A model generated the notes under the pieces. The model was not told the DNA's origin, did no database searches, and saw nothing but the letters and a program-made list of their open reading frames with translations. From Candidatus Saccharimonadota bacterium (GTDB lineage Bacteria > Patescibacteriota > Saccharimonadia > Saccharimonadales > Saccharimonadaceae), in the NCBI GenBank assembly GCA_002421785.1, contig DIRZ01000003.1:180001-212000 (forward strand): a stretch of DNA of 32,000 nucleotides, read 5' to 3'. The translations under genes and the position numbers were made by a program. Of the stretch, positions 1 through 9,251 are shown one piece after another (within the stretch, counting starts at the first letter, position 1; every line of letters starts with the position of its first letter).

Positions 1-277
1 CGGTAAAGTTAATGTAGTCGAATTCTTTAGTAGGCAAGCGGTACGTTGATACATGCTCCCTAAACGAACTTGCGGGGCTGAATCCAATCGATGAGCCTTT
101 GCTATTTTTTACACTTACAAATCCCATCGCCGCGTAATGTGGTAAGCCGACCGTTGCACCTGTAAGAAGCGTCTTGCCTGCCTTAGCAATTTCGACCCCA
201 AGCGCAAACGCATGCTCGTGCGATCCATTCACTGTTTCGCCCGCAGCTGCTCCGCTGACGCATATTTGATATCTCAT
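1..277 (-). CDS. LOG / TIGR00725-like Rossmann-fold protein (N-terminal part only; the gene runs off the window)
   Basis: This ORF is absent from the ORF track because the window edge truncates it. My reverse-strand translation from ATG 277-275 reads MRYQICVSGAAAGETVNGSHEHAFALGVEIAKAGKTLLTGATVGLPHYAAMGFVSVKNSKGSSIGFSPASSFREHVSTYRLPTKEFDYINFT... The layout 'I-x-V-S-G-A ... LG-x-E-IA-K-x-G-x-x-L-x-T-G-A-x-x-G ... S-I-G' matches the LOG ('lysine decarboxylase-like') superfamily, TIGR00725-type branch. The start overlaps the upstream stop as ATGA (274-277). Confidence 0.5.
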   Translation of the reverse strand, partial: MRYQICVSGAAAGETVNGSHEHAFALGVEIAKAGKTLLTGATVGLPHYAAMGFVSVKNSKGSSIGFSPASSFREHVSTYRLPTKEFDYINFT

Positions 278-1770
278 ATATGTAACTCCTCTGCCTTATA
301 CCATTCCGGCGCTTCTGATAGGTATCCTTCTATATCTTCTTTGCCGAGTAAACCTGCTTGAGCGCCAAGTTTCTGTACCACGCTCATACTGTTTATCGGT
401 GCCCACGTAAGTGCTGTCGCTACGGTTTCGCCCAGTGCCAGCGCGGCCACAATCGTACTTGCAAATGCGTCCCCGGCCCCAGTTCGATCGATCGGCGGCG
501 CGGGGTCAGGATAATTTGGCACTTTGTATAACCTGCCGTCATACGACGCATAGGAGCCTTCTGGTCCATCGGTAATAACGACCACTTCTGGACCTACTGC
601 GTGCAGCGCGTCAGCCAGGGCGCGCACGTCATCATAGGATTGGCCGGTTACATCTACCGCTTCTTCACGGTTCATCACAACGATATGCGATCTCTCATAA
701 ACGCGTTTTAGCTTATCGACTCCCCATTTAAAGTGGAATGTTCCTGGTTGAAATGCAAGTTTGACTTCTGGATGCACTTCGAGAAATGCGAGCATGTCTT
801 CGTGAAGCTGCCAACTGTCCGCGCTAATTAGCGATAGGTATATCCAGTCAGGCTTGGTAGCAGGTTCAATCCAACGATAATCATACGCTTCATTTTTCAC
901 AAGAATTGTGCGGTCTGCTCCATATCGTAAAACGTAGTAAGTATTGCTAGGCGTATCCGGCTGCTTAACAACCGGTGTCACGTCAACCTGCTCGCTGGTA
1001 AGATAGCTAATGGAGTCATCGGCGACCTTGTCTGTCCCAAGCCAACTCATCATGCCAACCCGCAGCCCTAAGCGGGCACATGACACACCAGCATTAGGCG
1101 ACGGCCCCACGCTCGTAACAGTATCAACACGTTCATACGGTGGCTTACTGCCGAATGGAACACTCAGTCTTTTACTGCCGTCTGCATCAGTATCGATTCG
1201 TGCTTCGCTTTCCAGTAGCTTAATGAATACATCAGTAAAAATGTCACCCACGCATAGAACATATGGCCGCAGGTCGCTCGTGTTAACTTGGAGCTTTTTT
1301 TCGTGATACTCATCAAGACTACAACGATCGAGCCCCGCTTCGCTGACAACTTCGTCAATCACGCCCTCATCATCACCATCTGCAGCAACGTATCGGGCGG
1401 TCAGTCCGTGCTGAATTTGGCATCGCATATGAGCAACAGTTCGCGAATCATAGGGTCGGGTCACGTTTTCTTTTACATCGTCATGGTTAAATGAAATGAT
1501 ACGACCACCAAACGAAAGACCAACGTCATCGGTATGGCTGAACAACACACCATTATCCGCCTGCGCTTCCAAGGCATGATACAGCTCTTGTTCAGTTGTG
1601 TCTGCTGGATTCAGGCCAATTTGACGCATCACATCATGCGCACGTGCAGTGATGTCACCGATATAGGCAACATCGATACCCTGATTCCGCGTCATAGACT
1701 CAAGCTGTCGCATCGCCGCACTAAACATCGGCTCTTTTGCGTTGAGTAACTGCTGAAGATACCTTGCCAC
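274..1770 (-). CDS. PfkB-family carbohydrate/nucleoside kinase with an unrecognised ~170-aa N-terminal extension
   Basis: 498-aa ORF. The C-terminal ~320 aa parallel the neighbouring 324-aa PfkB kinase and carry the PfkB signature 'DRTGAGDAFAS'. The GTG start at 1770 has GGGAGG about 9 nt upstream. I recognise no motif in the N-terminal ~170 aa. Confidence 0.75.
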   Translation of the reverse strand: MARYLQQLLNAKEPMFSAAMRQLESMTRNQGIDVAYIGDITARAHDVMRQIGLNPADTTEQELYHALEAQADNGVLFSHTDDVGLSFGGRIISFNHDDVKENVTRPYDSRTVAHMRCQIQHGLTARYVAADGDDEGVIDEVVSEAGLDRCSLDEYHEKKLQVNTSDLRPYVLCVGDIFTDVFIKLLESEARIDTDADGSKRLSVPFGSKPPYERVDTVTSVGPSPNAGVSCARLGLRVGMMSWLGTDKVADDSISYLTSEQVDVTPVVKQPDTPSNTYYVLRYGADRTILVKNEAYDYRWIEPATKPDWIYLSLISADSWQLHEDMLAFLEVHPEVKLAFQPGTFHFKWGVDKLKRVYERSHIVVMNREEAVDVTGQSYDDVRALADALHAVGPEVVVITDGPEGSYASYDGRLYKVPNYPDPAPPIDRTGAGDAFASTIVAALALGETVATALTWAPINSMSVVQKLGAQAGLLGKEDIEGYLSEAPEWYKAEELHI

Positions 1771-1771
1771 T

Positions 1772-2746
1772 TTATGCCTCCCTCGCGTTAACCGGTCGTT
1801 CGTGAATCGGCATTTCGTGCAGCTTCACACCACGATGAAGAATACCGTCCTTTGCGCCAATTTTTGTGACCACGCTCGTGCTGTTCGCACTCGCGAATAT
1901 GATGGACTCTTTGAGCGATTTGCCCTGTGACCACTGACTCAAAAAACCGCTGGCAAAAGCGTCGCCAGCCCCAGTCCGATCAATCACCGGAACATCTTCA
2001 TACATCCCGGCACGAACCAGCGTCTTACCGTCGGTTGCTACGACCCCATTTGGACCATCGCTAACTATTGCAACCGGGACATAATGCAGTGCGTGCAGAG
2101 CAAGTTCTTCGAGTGTTTCTCCAGCGACAAGTAACTGCATTTCTTCTTTGTTCGTACAAAGTACATCAACACTCTCGAGAAGCGCCTTCAGCTTATCGGG
2201 CTCGGCTAGTTCGGGACCAGCGGGATTGAGCATAACCTTCACCTGGTGTTTCTCGGCTTCATCAACAATATGCCGCAATAATGGTAGACCCCCGTCGCCA
2301 AGTGAAGTCGGATATATCCAGTCAGCGGAATGTATCGCGGCGTAATCTAGCTTTGGGTGCTTGCCACCCGCATAGCCGCGGTGATTTAAAATCGTCCGTT
2401 CGCCATTCGTTGCAATAAGAATAACTGAGTAGCCCGACTGATAGCGCTCGTCCTGTACGACCGCAGAGGTGTCGACACCTTCTGCATCCAGTGCGTGGAG
2501 AATAGTTTCGCTGGCCGGATCATGGCCAAGTGCCCACATATAGCTTGCTTGGAGCCCCTGGCGAGCAAAGGTGACTGCTACATTCGTCGCGTTACCACCT
2601 GTACTAAACGTTACATCTTCCACTTCCATTTTTAATCCCAGTGGCAAATGCGTGAACATATGCGTACCTTCTTTATGAGGGTCAAATTCATCGCTCTTCA
2701 GAAACACATCTTGCGTGGCTTTGCCAATCGAAAGAATCTTGACCAC
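1772..2746 (-). CDS. PfkB-family carbohydrate/nucleoside kinase (ribokinase-like fold)
   Basis: 324 aa. Motifs seen are N-terminal 'ILSIGKATQDVF', 'TGGNATNVA' and C-terminal 'DRTGAGDAFASGF'. The GTG start shares one base with the aldolase stop (TAGTG at 2744-2748). Confidence 0.8.
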   Translation of the reverse strand: MVKILSIGKATQDVFLKSDEFDPHKEGTHMFTHLPLGLKMEVEDVTFSTGGNATNVAVTFARQGLQASYMWALGHDPASETILHALDAEGVDTSAVVQDERYQSGYSVILIATNGERTILNHRGYAGGKHPKLDYAAIHSADWIYPTSLGDGGLPLLRHIVDEAEKHQVKVMLNPAGPELAEPDKLKALLESVDVLCTNKEEMQLLVAGETLEELALHALHYVPVAIVSDGPNGVVATDGKTLVRAGMYEDVPVIDRTGAGDAFASGFLSQWSQGKSLKESIIFASANSTSVVTKIGAKDGILHRGVKLHEMPIHERPVNAREA

Positions 2747-3657
2747 TAGCGAACAGCCTTTCCTGCGCTGCCGAATGCTCGTATTTTTTCCTCTACGACT
2801 ACTTGAACTGCGCCATAAACTTCTGGCATCAACTTCACGACCGCGTACTCGTCTGGGTGCTCACGAAGCACTTTTTCCAAGGTTTCACGGAAAGCAACAC
2901 GCATATCGCTGTTAATATTTATCTTACTCACGCCTATCCGAGCTGCCTCTTCGAAATAATGAAGCGGGGTTCCACTGCCGCCGTGGAGGGAAATCTGACA
3001 GTCAAGCGACTGACGAATTCGCTGCAAGAGCTCAAGATCCAGCTCTTTAGGAACCGGGTATTTGCCATGCAAGTTTCCAATTGCTGCTGCGAAAGTGTCG
3101 ATTCCGGTAGACTGTTCGAATCGTTTTGCGCCTTCGGGTGTACTAAATGTTTTTTTGATTTCTTCGTAATCGATATTTTCGGTGTGTAAGTTGCTGCTGC
3201 CGCCAAAATAATGCGGTTCGCTTTCTACCAGTGCACCCGTAAACTTGGCGTAGTCAACAACCTCCTTGGTCTTGGCAATGATCTCTTCTTCGGAGGCGTC
3301 GTGATTTGCCTGACTTACGTCGATATGTATAAACTCATAGCCCGCGTCTATTGCACGCTTGCAGTCTTCGACACTCGGGCTATGGTCGAGATTTATGTAT
3401 ATCTCGATTCCATATTCATCTCGGTAATTGTCGACAAGATCGCGAATGTTCTCGAGACCGAGAGCCTTCACTTCACCGTCACTTACTTCAACGAGGACGG
3501 GAGCGTTTAAGCTCTGGGCTGCCTTGCAAACAGCAATCAGCGTTTCTTGATTATCAATATTAAATGCACCGACAGCAAATCCCTGTTGCCTACTCCGCTG
3601 CATCAAATGCCTTGCGCGCAACGTTCGGTCGCGTATTTCAGCAATTGTTAACCCCAT
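2746..3657 (-). CDS. fba: Class II fructose/tagatose-1,6-bisphosphate aldolase
   Basis: 303 aa with class II aldolase landmarks: 'FAVGAFNIDN', 'PVLVEVS', 'NLDHS', 'IHIDVS', 'GNLHG', 'SLHGGSG' and 'KININSD'. It has an ATG start with GGGGG about 9 nt upstream. Confidence 0.88.
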   Translation of the reverse strand: MGLTIAEIRDRTLRARHLMQRSRQQGFAVGAFNIDNQETLIAVCKAAQSLNAPVLVEVSDGEVKALGLENIRDLVDNYRDEYGIEIYINLDHSPSVEDCKRAIDAGYEFIHIDVSQANHDASEEEIIAKTKEVVDYAKFTGALVESEPHYFGGSSNLHTENIDYEEIKKTFSTPEGAKRFEQSTGIDTFAAAIGNLHGKYPVPKELDLELLQRIRQSLDCQISLHGGSGTPLHYFEEAARIGVSKININSDMRVAFRETLEKVLREHPDEYAVVKLMPEVYGAVQVVVEEKIRAFGSAGKAVR

Positions 3658-3698
3658 AGCATTAGCCCCCTAGAAGTCTTTATGGTTACTCTGTTTCT

Positions 3699-3707
3699 AG
3701 TATACCA
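3699..3707 (-). promoter_or_regulatory. Extended -10 promoter element (TGGTATACT) upstream of fba, giving a ~40-nt leader with an SD
   Basis: The reverse strand reads ...aaTGGTATACTagaaacagag...ctaGGGGGctaatgctATG. This is a TGn + TATACT arrangement. Confidence 0.45.
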
Positions 3708-3787
3708 TTTCGTGCAATGCTCATAGGCATTTAGCATATTCAATTAGCAAATAGCGGTATGTAGTCTGTAGCTGAAGTGTGGCAATG

Positions 3788-4783
3788 TTAAAAACCCTGA
3801 TGATACTTCGGTTTTGTTTCTACGTGATTCTTCACTTGTTCAGCAATACCGGGACCATCGAATCCAAAATAGGTAATGAGCTCAAGCGGTGCGCCACTTT
3901 CACCGTAGCGATCCGGCATTCCAATTCGAAGTAGTGGTGTGGGCAATTCATCACCAAGGAGCTCTGCGACAGCCCCGCCCAGGCCGCCAGCTTTCTGCGC
4001 ATCCTCAGCCGTCACGGCCCGCCCCGTCTTTCGCACGCTTTCCAGTATCGTTTCGGTATCCAGTGGTTTGATCGTAGGCGCATGAACAACCTCGGCGCTC
4101 ACCCCTTGCTGGCTCAAAAGCTCTGCGGCTTTCAGCGCATACGGCGTGAGAATACCCGTACTAATAATTGTCACGTCTTCACCCTCTCGGAGCACATATG
4201 CTTTGCCGATTTCGAACGGCGAATCCGCGGTACTAAAAATTGGCGTTTTCTCACGAGCGATGCGTAAATAACACGCGCTTGGATATTCAGCAATTGCCAT
4301 AGTGGCCTTTTCTGCCTCGACACTATCACCCGGGCAAACAACAACCATGTTTGGCATAACACGCATTAAAGCGATATCTTCGAGCATTTGATGCGTCGCC
4401 CCATCTGGCCCCACTGTCACGCCTGCATGGGCACCTACCATCTTTACAGGTTGCTCGTTGAGAGCGGTTGTCGTTTTTATTTGTTCCCAGTTGCGCCCGG
4501 GGCTAAAGGCGGCATAGCTTGCTGCAAAAGGAATTTTGCCGGCACGTGCAAGGCCACTGGCAATAATGGGCAAGTTTTGCTCAGCGATACCTACCTCGAT
4601 ATATCGGTCAGGAAATGCTTCGGCAAACAAGTGCATCTGCACGCTCTCTACTAAATCAGCACATAACCCAACAACATTAGGGTACCTCTCGCCGGCCGCC
4701 TTCAGGCCACGGCCAAACCCTGCGCGAGTTGGCTCGACGTCGGGCGTATCGGTATATAGGTTCTCGTTCAGTGAATAAGTCAT
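3788..4783 (-). CDS. Transketolase, C-terminal subunit (pyrimidine-binding plus C-terminal domains)
   Basis: 331 aa with 'GIAEQN', 'FAASYAAF' and 'VGPDGATHQMLEDIALMR', typical of the split transketolase B subunit. The start overlaps the stop of the N-terminal subunit (TAATG). Confidence 0.9.
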   Translation of the reverse strand: MTYSLNENLYTDTPDVEPTRAGFGRGLKAAGERYPNVVGLCADLVESVQMHLFAEAFPDRYIEVGIAEQNLPIIASGLARAGKIPFAASYAAFSPGRNWEQIKTTTALNEQPVKMVGAHAGVTVGPDGATHQMLEDIALMRVMPNMVVVCPGDSVEAEKATMAIAEYPSACYLRIAREKTPIFSTADSPFEIGKAYVLREGEDVTIISTGILTPYALKAAELLSQQGVSAEVVHAPTIKPLDTETILESVRKTGRAVTAEDAQKAGGLGGAVAELLGDELPTPLLRIGMPDRYGESGAPLELITYFGFDGPGIAEQVKNHVETKPKYHQGF

Positions 4784-5643
4784 TATTGGTGCTCCGCGCG
4801 GATTTTACCGCCCATAGTTCGTAGTTCGTGCAGCGCCTGTTTTGCCTGCTCTTTGTTTGGCGGTATTCCGTGCCACTTGTAGTTATACTCCATAAAGTCG
4901 ATGTTCTTCCCGGGGATAGTATGCGTAATGATAACACTCGGACGATTCTCGATTGCCTTGGCCATACCAACGGCATCAATAATACTATCGATGTTGTGAC
5001 CATCGATCTCTTGCACATGCCAGCCAAATGATTCCCATTTTGCGCGCAAATTCTCCAGAGGCATAACATCTTCGGTGTTGCCGTCAATCTGAATATTGTT
5101 GCGGTCGACAAATACAACCAGCTGGCTCAACTTGTACTTGGCAGCGAACATCATCGATTCCCAGTTATTTCCTTCATCAAGCTCACCATCGCCCGTAACA
5201 ACGTAAACCCAGCGGTGTGGGTGGTGGTCGAGGTACTGCAGAGCGTATGCATACCCCGCTCCTTGGCCAATACCACACCCAAGTGGCCCGCTTGTATTTT
5301 CAAGCCCAGGCAGTTTCGTCCGTTCAGGGTGGCCCTGAAGACGGCTGCCCAGTTTGCGCAGCGTCAGCAACTCTTGCTTATCAAAATACCCCCGTTCAGC
5401 CATGGCCGCATATTGCACAGGGACGCAGTGACCATTACTCATCAGGAATATATCGCGCTGTGGATCATCGACGTTCTGAGGATCAACGTTCATAATTCGG
5501 AAATATAGCGCGGTCACAAGGTCGGCTAAGCCGAGAGGTCCCGCACTATGCCCACTACCTGCGTGCTCAAGCATGGTAATAATGCTTTTGCGAACTTCGT
5601 TTGCCTTTTGCTCAAGTTGCGTAATTGTTAATTGCCCACTCAT
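4783..5643 (-). CDS. Transketolase, N-terminal (ThDP-binding) subunit
   Basis: 286 aa with 'GSGHSAGPLG', 'SNGH' and the ThDP-binding motif 'VTGDGELDEGNNWE'. Confidence 0.9.
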   Translation of the reverse strand: MSGQLTITQLEQKANEVRKSIITMLEHAGSGHSAGPLGLADLVTALYFRIMNVDPQNVDDPQRDIFLMSNGHCVPVQYAAMAERGYFDKQELLTLRKLGSRLQGHPERTKLPGLENTSGPLGCGIGQGAGYAYALQYLDHHPHRWVYVVTGDGELDEGNNWESMMFAAKYKLSQLVVFVDRNNIQIDGNTEDVMPLENLRAKWESFGWHVQEIDGHNIDSIIDAVGMAKAIENRPSVIITHTIPGKNIDFMEYNYKWHGIPPNKEQAKQALHELRTMGGKIRAEHQ

Positions 5644-5767
5644 ATAGTACTAGTGTAACATAAGCGTTTTACTGCAGTATACTTGCTTTTATGTATGAAT
5701 GTACTATAATTATAGTTACTTATCGTGACGTGCGATAAGCGCACGTCTCCGTCCGAAGGGAAATCAC

Positions 5768-6115
5768 ATGCTGAGCTTCGCGTTTTGGGCACTCATCGTC
5801 CTCATCGTCTTCTCAACGATCGCCACACCGTTCAACGCGCATCAGCGCGTCGAGGTGACTAGAGGACTGGCATCCTGGTCGGTAGTCCTCACTGCCCTCG
5901 TGGTCTGGCTGAGCATCGAGCTCTTTCAGCATCACACCCACCCGACAACCCTCGTGTGGGTCGCAGTGGTCTACATGGTCGGTAGCAGCATGGTCGGCCT
6001 CGTCCGTGTCCTCCTGAAGACCGGTCGGTCGATCCACTACTCGAATGCCTACATGGCATGGGTGGTCATTGATGCAGCCCTGTCGCTCACCGCGCTTTTC
6101 ATCCTGCGCAGCTGA
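5768..6115 (+). CDS. Small polytopic membrane protein (about 4 TM), unknown family, GC-rich
   Basis: 115-aa ORF with hydrophobic segments (FAFWALIVLIVFSTIA, SWSVVLTALVVWLSI, LVWVAVVYMVGSSMVGLV, AWVVIDAALSLTALFIL). Third codon positions are strongly G/C. TATAAT lies at 5705-5710 and GAAGGGA lies 7 nt before the ATG. Confidence 0.6.
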   Translation: MLSFAFWALIVLIVFSTIATPFNAHQRVEVTRGLASWSVVLTALVVWLSIELFQHHTHPTTLVWVAVVYMVGSSMVGLVRVLLKTGRSIHYSNAYMAWVVIDAALSLTALFILRS

Positions 6116-6131
6116 ACCCATCACGTCAATA

Positions 6132-6174
6132 AGCCACATTCTCGGTTGCCCACAAGGCTTCCGAGAATGTGGCT
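6132..6174. terminator. Hairpin between convergent genes (14-bp perfect stem, 15-nt loop)
   Basis: AGCCACATTCTCGG (6132-6145) pairs with CCGAGAATGTGGCT (6161-6174). It sits between the stop of 5768-6115 (+) and the stop of 6194-6838 (-). There is no strong U-tract. Confidence 0.55.
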
Positions 6175-6193
6175 CTTGCTATATGTGGATATA

Positions 6194-6838
6194 TTAAATA
6201 ACTGAATGCTTGTTGATTTCATCGACAAGTTGCTTGTACGCCGCTGCCGGATCATGCGCTCTGTTGATAGCGCCACCACAATTGATAACATCCACACCAC
6301 CCTGCGCAAGGCTGAAGGCGTTTTCCGTATTCGCACCACCATCCCAGCCAACCTCAACCTCGGGGTGAATGGTACGGATCAGTCGAACTTTTTCGAGCTG
6401 CATCAAGCTTGCGGTGCCCCCATAGTGCCCTAAATCACCACTAAAAACTAAGACGTGATCAGCTGACTCGATGTATGGCTGCACCGTACTTGGTACGGTG
6501 GGTTTAAGCAGAGCAATGCCAGCCTTTATTCCTGCCTGCTTTAACTTGGCAATAACAGGGGTGAGGTCTTCCCCGGTTTCTGCATGAAAGATAACAGTAG
6601 CAGGCTTCATCTGTATCAGTGCGTCAACATATTGGCTAGGGTGCGCCACCATAGCATGAATGTCAACAACCCATTCCTGCGGCCACCAAATTTGATTGAC
6701 GCCGACAGTAAAGGTCGGAGCAAACTCACCATCAGTCAGGTCGATGTGCACACGTTGAGCGAATGGATGCAATCGTTCAATCGTCGCTTTGTAGTCGTCT
6801 TCCGTTTCACAAAGTATTGTCGGGACTATTGCTGCCAT
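6194..6838 (-). CDS. rpe: Ribulose-phosphate 3-epimerase-like protein (divergent ribulose-phosphate-binding barrel)
   Basis: 214 aa. 'HIDLTDGEFAP', 'DIHAMV', 'IFHAE', 'IKAGIAL' and 'WDGGAN' are collinear with the Rpe landmarks HxDxMDGxFVP, DVHLM, FHxE, KxGxAL and VDGG. The usual 'NPGFGGQ' is replaced by 'SGDLGHYGG'. The start overlaps the rpiB stop (TAATG). Confidence 0.65.
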   Translation of the reverse strand: MAAIVPTILCETEDDYKATIERLHPFAQRVHIDLTDGEFAPTFTVGVNQIWWPQEWVVDIHAMVAHPSQYVDALIQMKPATVIFHAETGEDLTPVIAKLKQAGIKAGIALLKPTVPSTVQPYIESADHVLVFSGDLGHYGGTASLMQLEKVRLIRTIHPEVEVGWDGGANTENAFSLAQGGVDVINCGGAINRAHDPAAAYKQLVDEINKHSVI

Positions 6839-7299
6839 TAGAACATATCCAGTTCTGCGTTACGACGAACAAACCGTGCTGCACCAGCAAAAGGTGTTGC
6901 CAGCCATGTATCGATGATGTCTTTCCAAAGAGCAAGGTCGTCTCCGTCTGCGTCAACGACGCGGGCAGGCAAGCACAGCACATTGCTATTATTGTCGTTG
7001 CGACACTCACGAGCCTCAAAGCTATCCCATATCACTGCAGCTCTAATTCCTCGAAAACGGTTCGCCGCCATCGCCATTCCTTGTCCGCCCGTGCAGATAA
7101 GGATTGCCCGTGGATCGGTTTTTTCATCTTCACCCAGTAGCTTCGTTGCTGCCATTTGAGCAAACTGCGGAAAGTCGTCATTAGGATCGAGCTCTTTGTC
7201 GCCCACATCTTCCCATTCTATGCCGCGCTTACTAAGGTATGCTTCTATTTTTTCTTTTAAATAGAACCCTCCGTGATCAGAGCCGATATATATCTTCAT
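6838..7299 (-). CDS. rpiB: Ribose-5-phosphate isomerase B (RpiB/LacA/LacB family)
   Basis: 153 aa with 'KIYIGSDHGGFYLK' and 'ILICTGGQGMAMAANRFRGIRAA', the classic RpiB motifs. Confidence 0.88.
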   Translation of the reverse strand: MKIYIGSDHGGFYLKEKIEAYLSKRGIEWEDVGDKELDPNDDFPQFAQMAATKLLGEDEKTDPRAILICTGGQGMAMAANRFRGIRAAVIWDSFEARECRNDNNSNVLCLPARVVDADGDDLALWKDIIDTWLATPFAGAARFVRRNAELDMF

Positions 7300-7305
7300 A
7301 CCTTA

Positions 7306-7334
7306 AGTATAAGCGTTAACCAGGCGGCTGTAAA
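7306..7334 (-). promoter_or_regulatory. Sigma-70-type promoter TTTACA-17-TATACT, with the -10 box ending 6 nt before the rpiB ATG
   Basis: The reverse strand reads cTTTACAgccgcctggttaacgctTATACTtaaggtATG. It lies in the 43-nt gap after the pilin stop. Confidence 0.55.
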
Positions 7335-7342
7335 GTGAGGGC

Positions 7343-8089
7343 TTATGGATAGTGAAAGCCTGGATTCGGCGGACACGGGCCGTCCTGAATGCCAATTGAG
7401 CTTGGTACAGCATGATATATAATGTCGGCAAACTTAGCCGCTCGCCCCTCAACACAAAAATCACTCGCCGCACTCCCTACCGTTACAGAAACAGGTGCGG
7501 GCAAAGGACTACCGTCTTTTGGGACTGCTATCGGGAATTCGCCACCCTGTTCAACGAACTTTGCGATGATATCCGCCTGAGCAACATTGCACGCAGCCCC
7601 ACATGTGAGAACAAAGTCAGTCTGAGAAAATGCAGGCCCGTCTATAACAACGTTGGACGAAATCGTCCCCTTAACATGGATATTATTCCCACTGTAAATA
7701 CACGCGTTGTTGTATGTGGTCGCTCCGTCTGTGATTGGCATAAATCCATTGCAGGAGTTGAGAAAAAGCTGCGCATTCTGATCTGGCGTGAGGTTATCAT
7801 ATACAGGGGTTTCTGGCGCATTTGTATACAGCGCGACGGCCACCGAGAGTGGTGGCGCGTACTCGGTACCCGCTATATTCGAAGGATAGGACTTGTCGAT
7901 AACATAATACAGCTGCAGGCTCTTTAGTGCATCTGCGACCGTCTGACGAGTCTGCGTGTCGGCAGCACGACGCTGCACACCGTTATATGTCACAAGTATA
8001 ACCGCAGCCAGTGCAGCTAGCACTGCAACAATGATGATGATTTCGACGAGCGTGAACCCCTTTCGATGCCACCGGAGAAGTACACGCAT
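7343..8089 (-). CDS. Type IV pilin-like protein (prepilin N-terminal cleavage/methylation motif)
   Basis: 248 aa. The leader 'MRVLLRWHRKG|FTLVEIIIIVAVLAALAAVILV' is the class III signal G/FTLxE plus hydrophobic helix. The C-terminal globular part has 6 Cys. Confidence 0.85.
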   Translation of the reverse strand: MRVLLRWHRKGFTLVEIIIIVAVLAALAAVILVTYNGVQRRAADTQTRQTVADALKSLQLYYVIDKSYPSNIAGTEYAPPLSVAVALYTNAPETPVYDNLTPDQNAQLFLNSCNGFMPITDGATTYNNACIYSGNNIHVKGTISSNVVIDGPAFSQTDFVLTCGAACNVAQADIIAKFVEQGGEFPIAVPKDGSPLPAPVSVTVGSAASDFCVEGRAAKFADIIYHAVPSSIGIQDGPCPPNPGFHYP

Positions 8090-8094
8090 GTCAG

Positions 8095-9126
<1,032 letters not shown>

Positions 9127-9239
9127 TCAAGCATTACCCATTTAATTTTTAGTATATCGTATGGGGCACCCACGATACATATTGACATTTCTATCATTAT
9201 TAGCATAACAACCATACATACGCTTATCGACGAATAGTA

Positions 9240-9245
9240 TATAAT
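9240..9245 (+). promoter_or_regulatory. -10 box TATAAT, 6 nt upstream of the rel ATG (candidate leaderless start)
   Basis: gtaTATAATcagtatATG. There is no SD-like purine run between the box and the ATG. Confidence 0.45.
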
Positions 9246-9251
9246 CAGTAT

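Noticed and set aside
4677-5117. 146-aa same-strand, out-of-frame ORF spanning the tktN/tktC junction.
   Set aside because: Both transketolase subunits are well supported in their own frames. This ORF has no motif or initiation signal.
5719-5739. 7-bp hairpin (CTTATCG-tgacgtg-CGATAAG) in the 5'UTR of the 5768 ORF, considered as a riboswitch or attenuator.
   Set aside because: It is far too small and simple for any riboswitch class I know. The whole leader is only about 50 nt. It is noted only as a possible mRNA-stabilising stem.
7412-7927. 171-aa + strand ORF antisense to the pilin gene.
   Set aside because: The minus-strand product has a textbook prepilin leader. The antisense ORF has no recognisable features or upstream signals.
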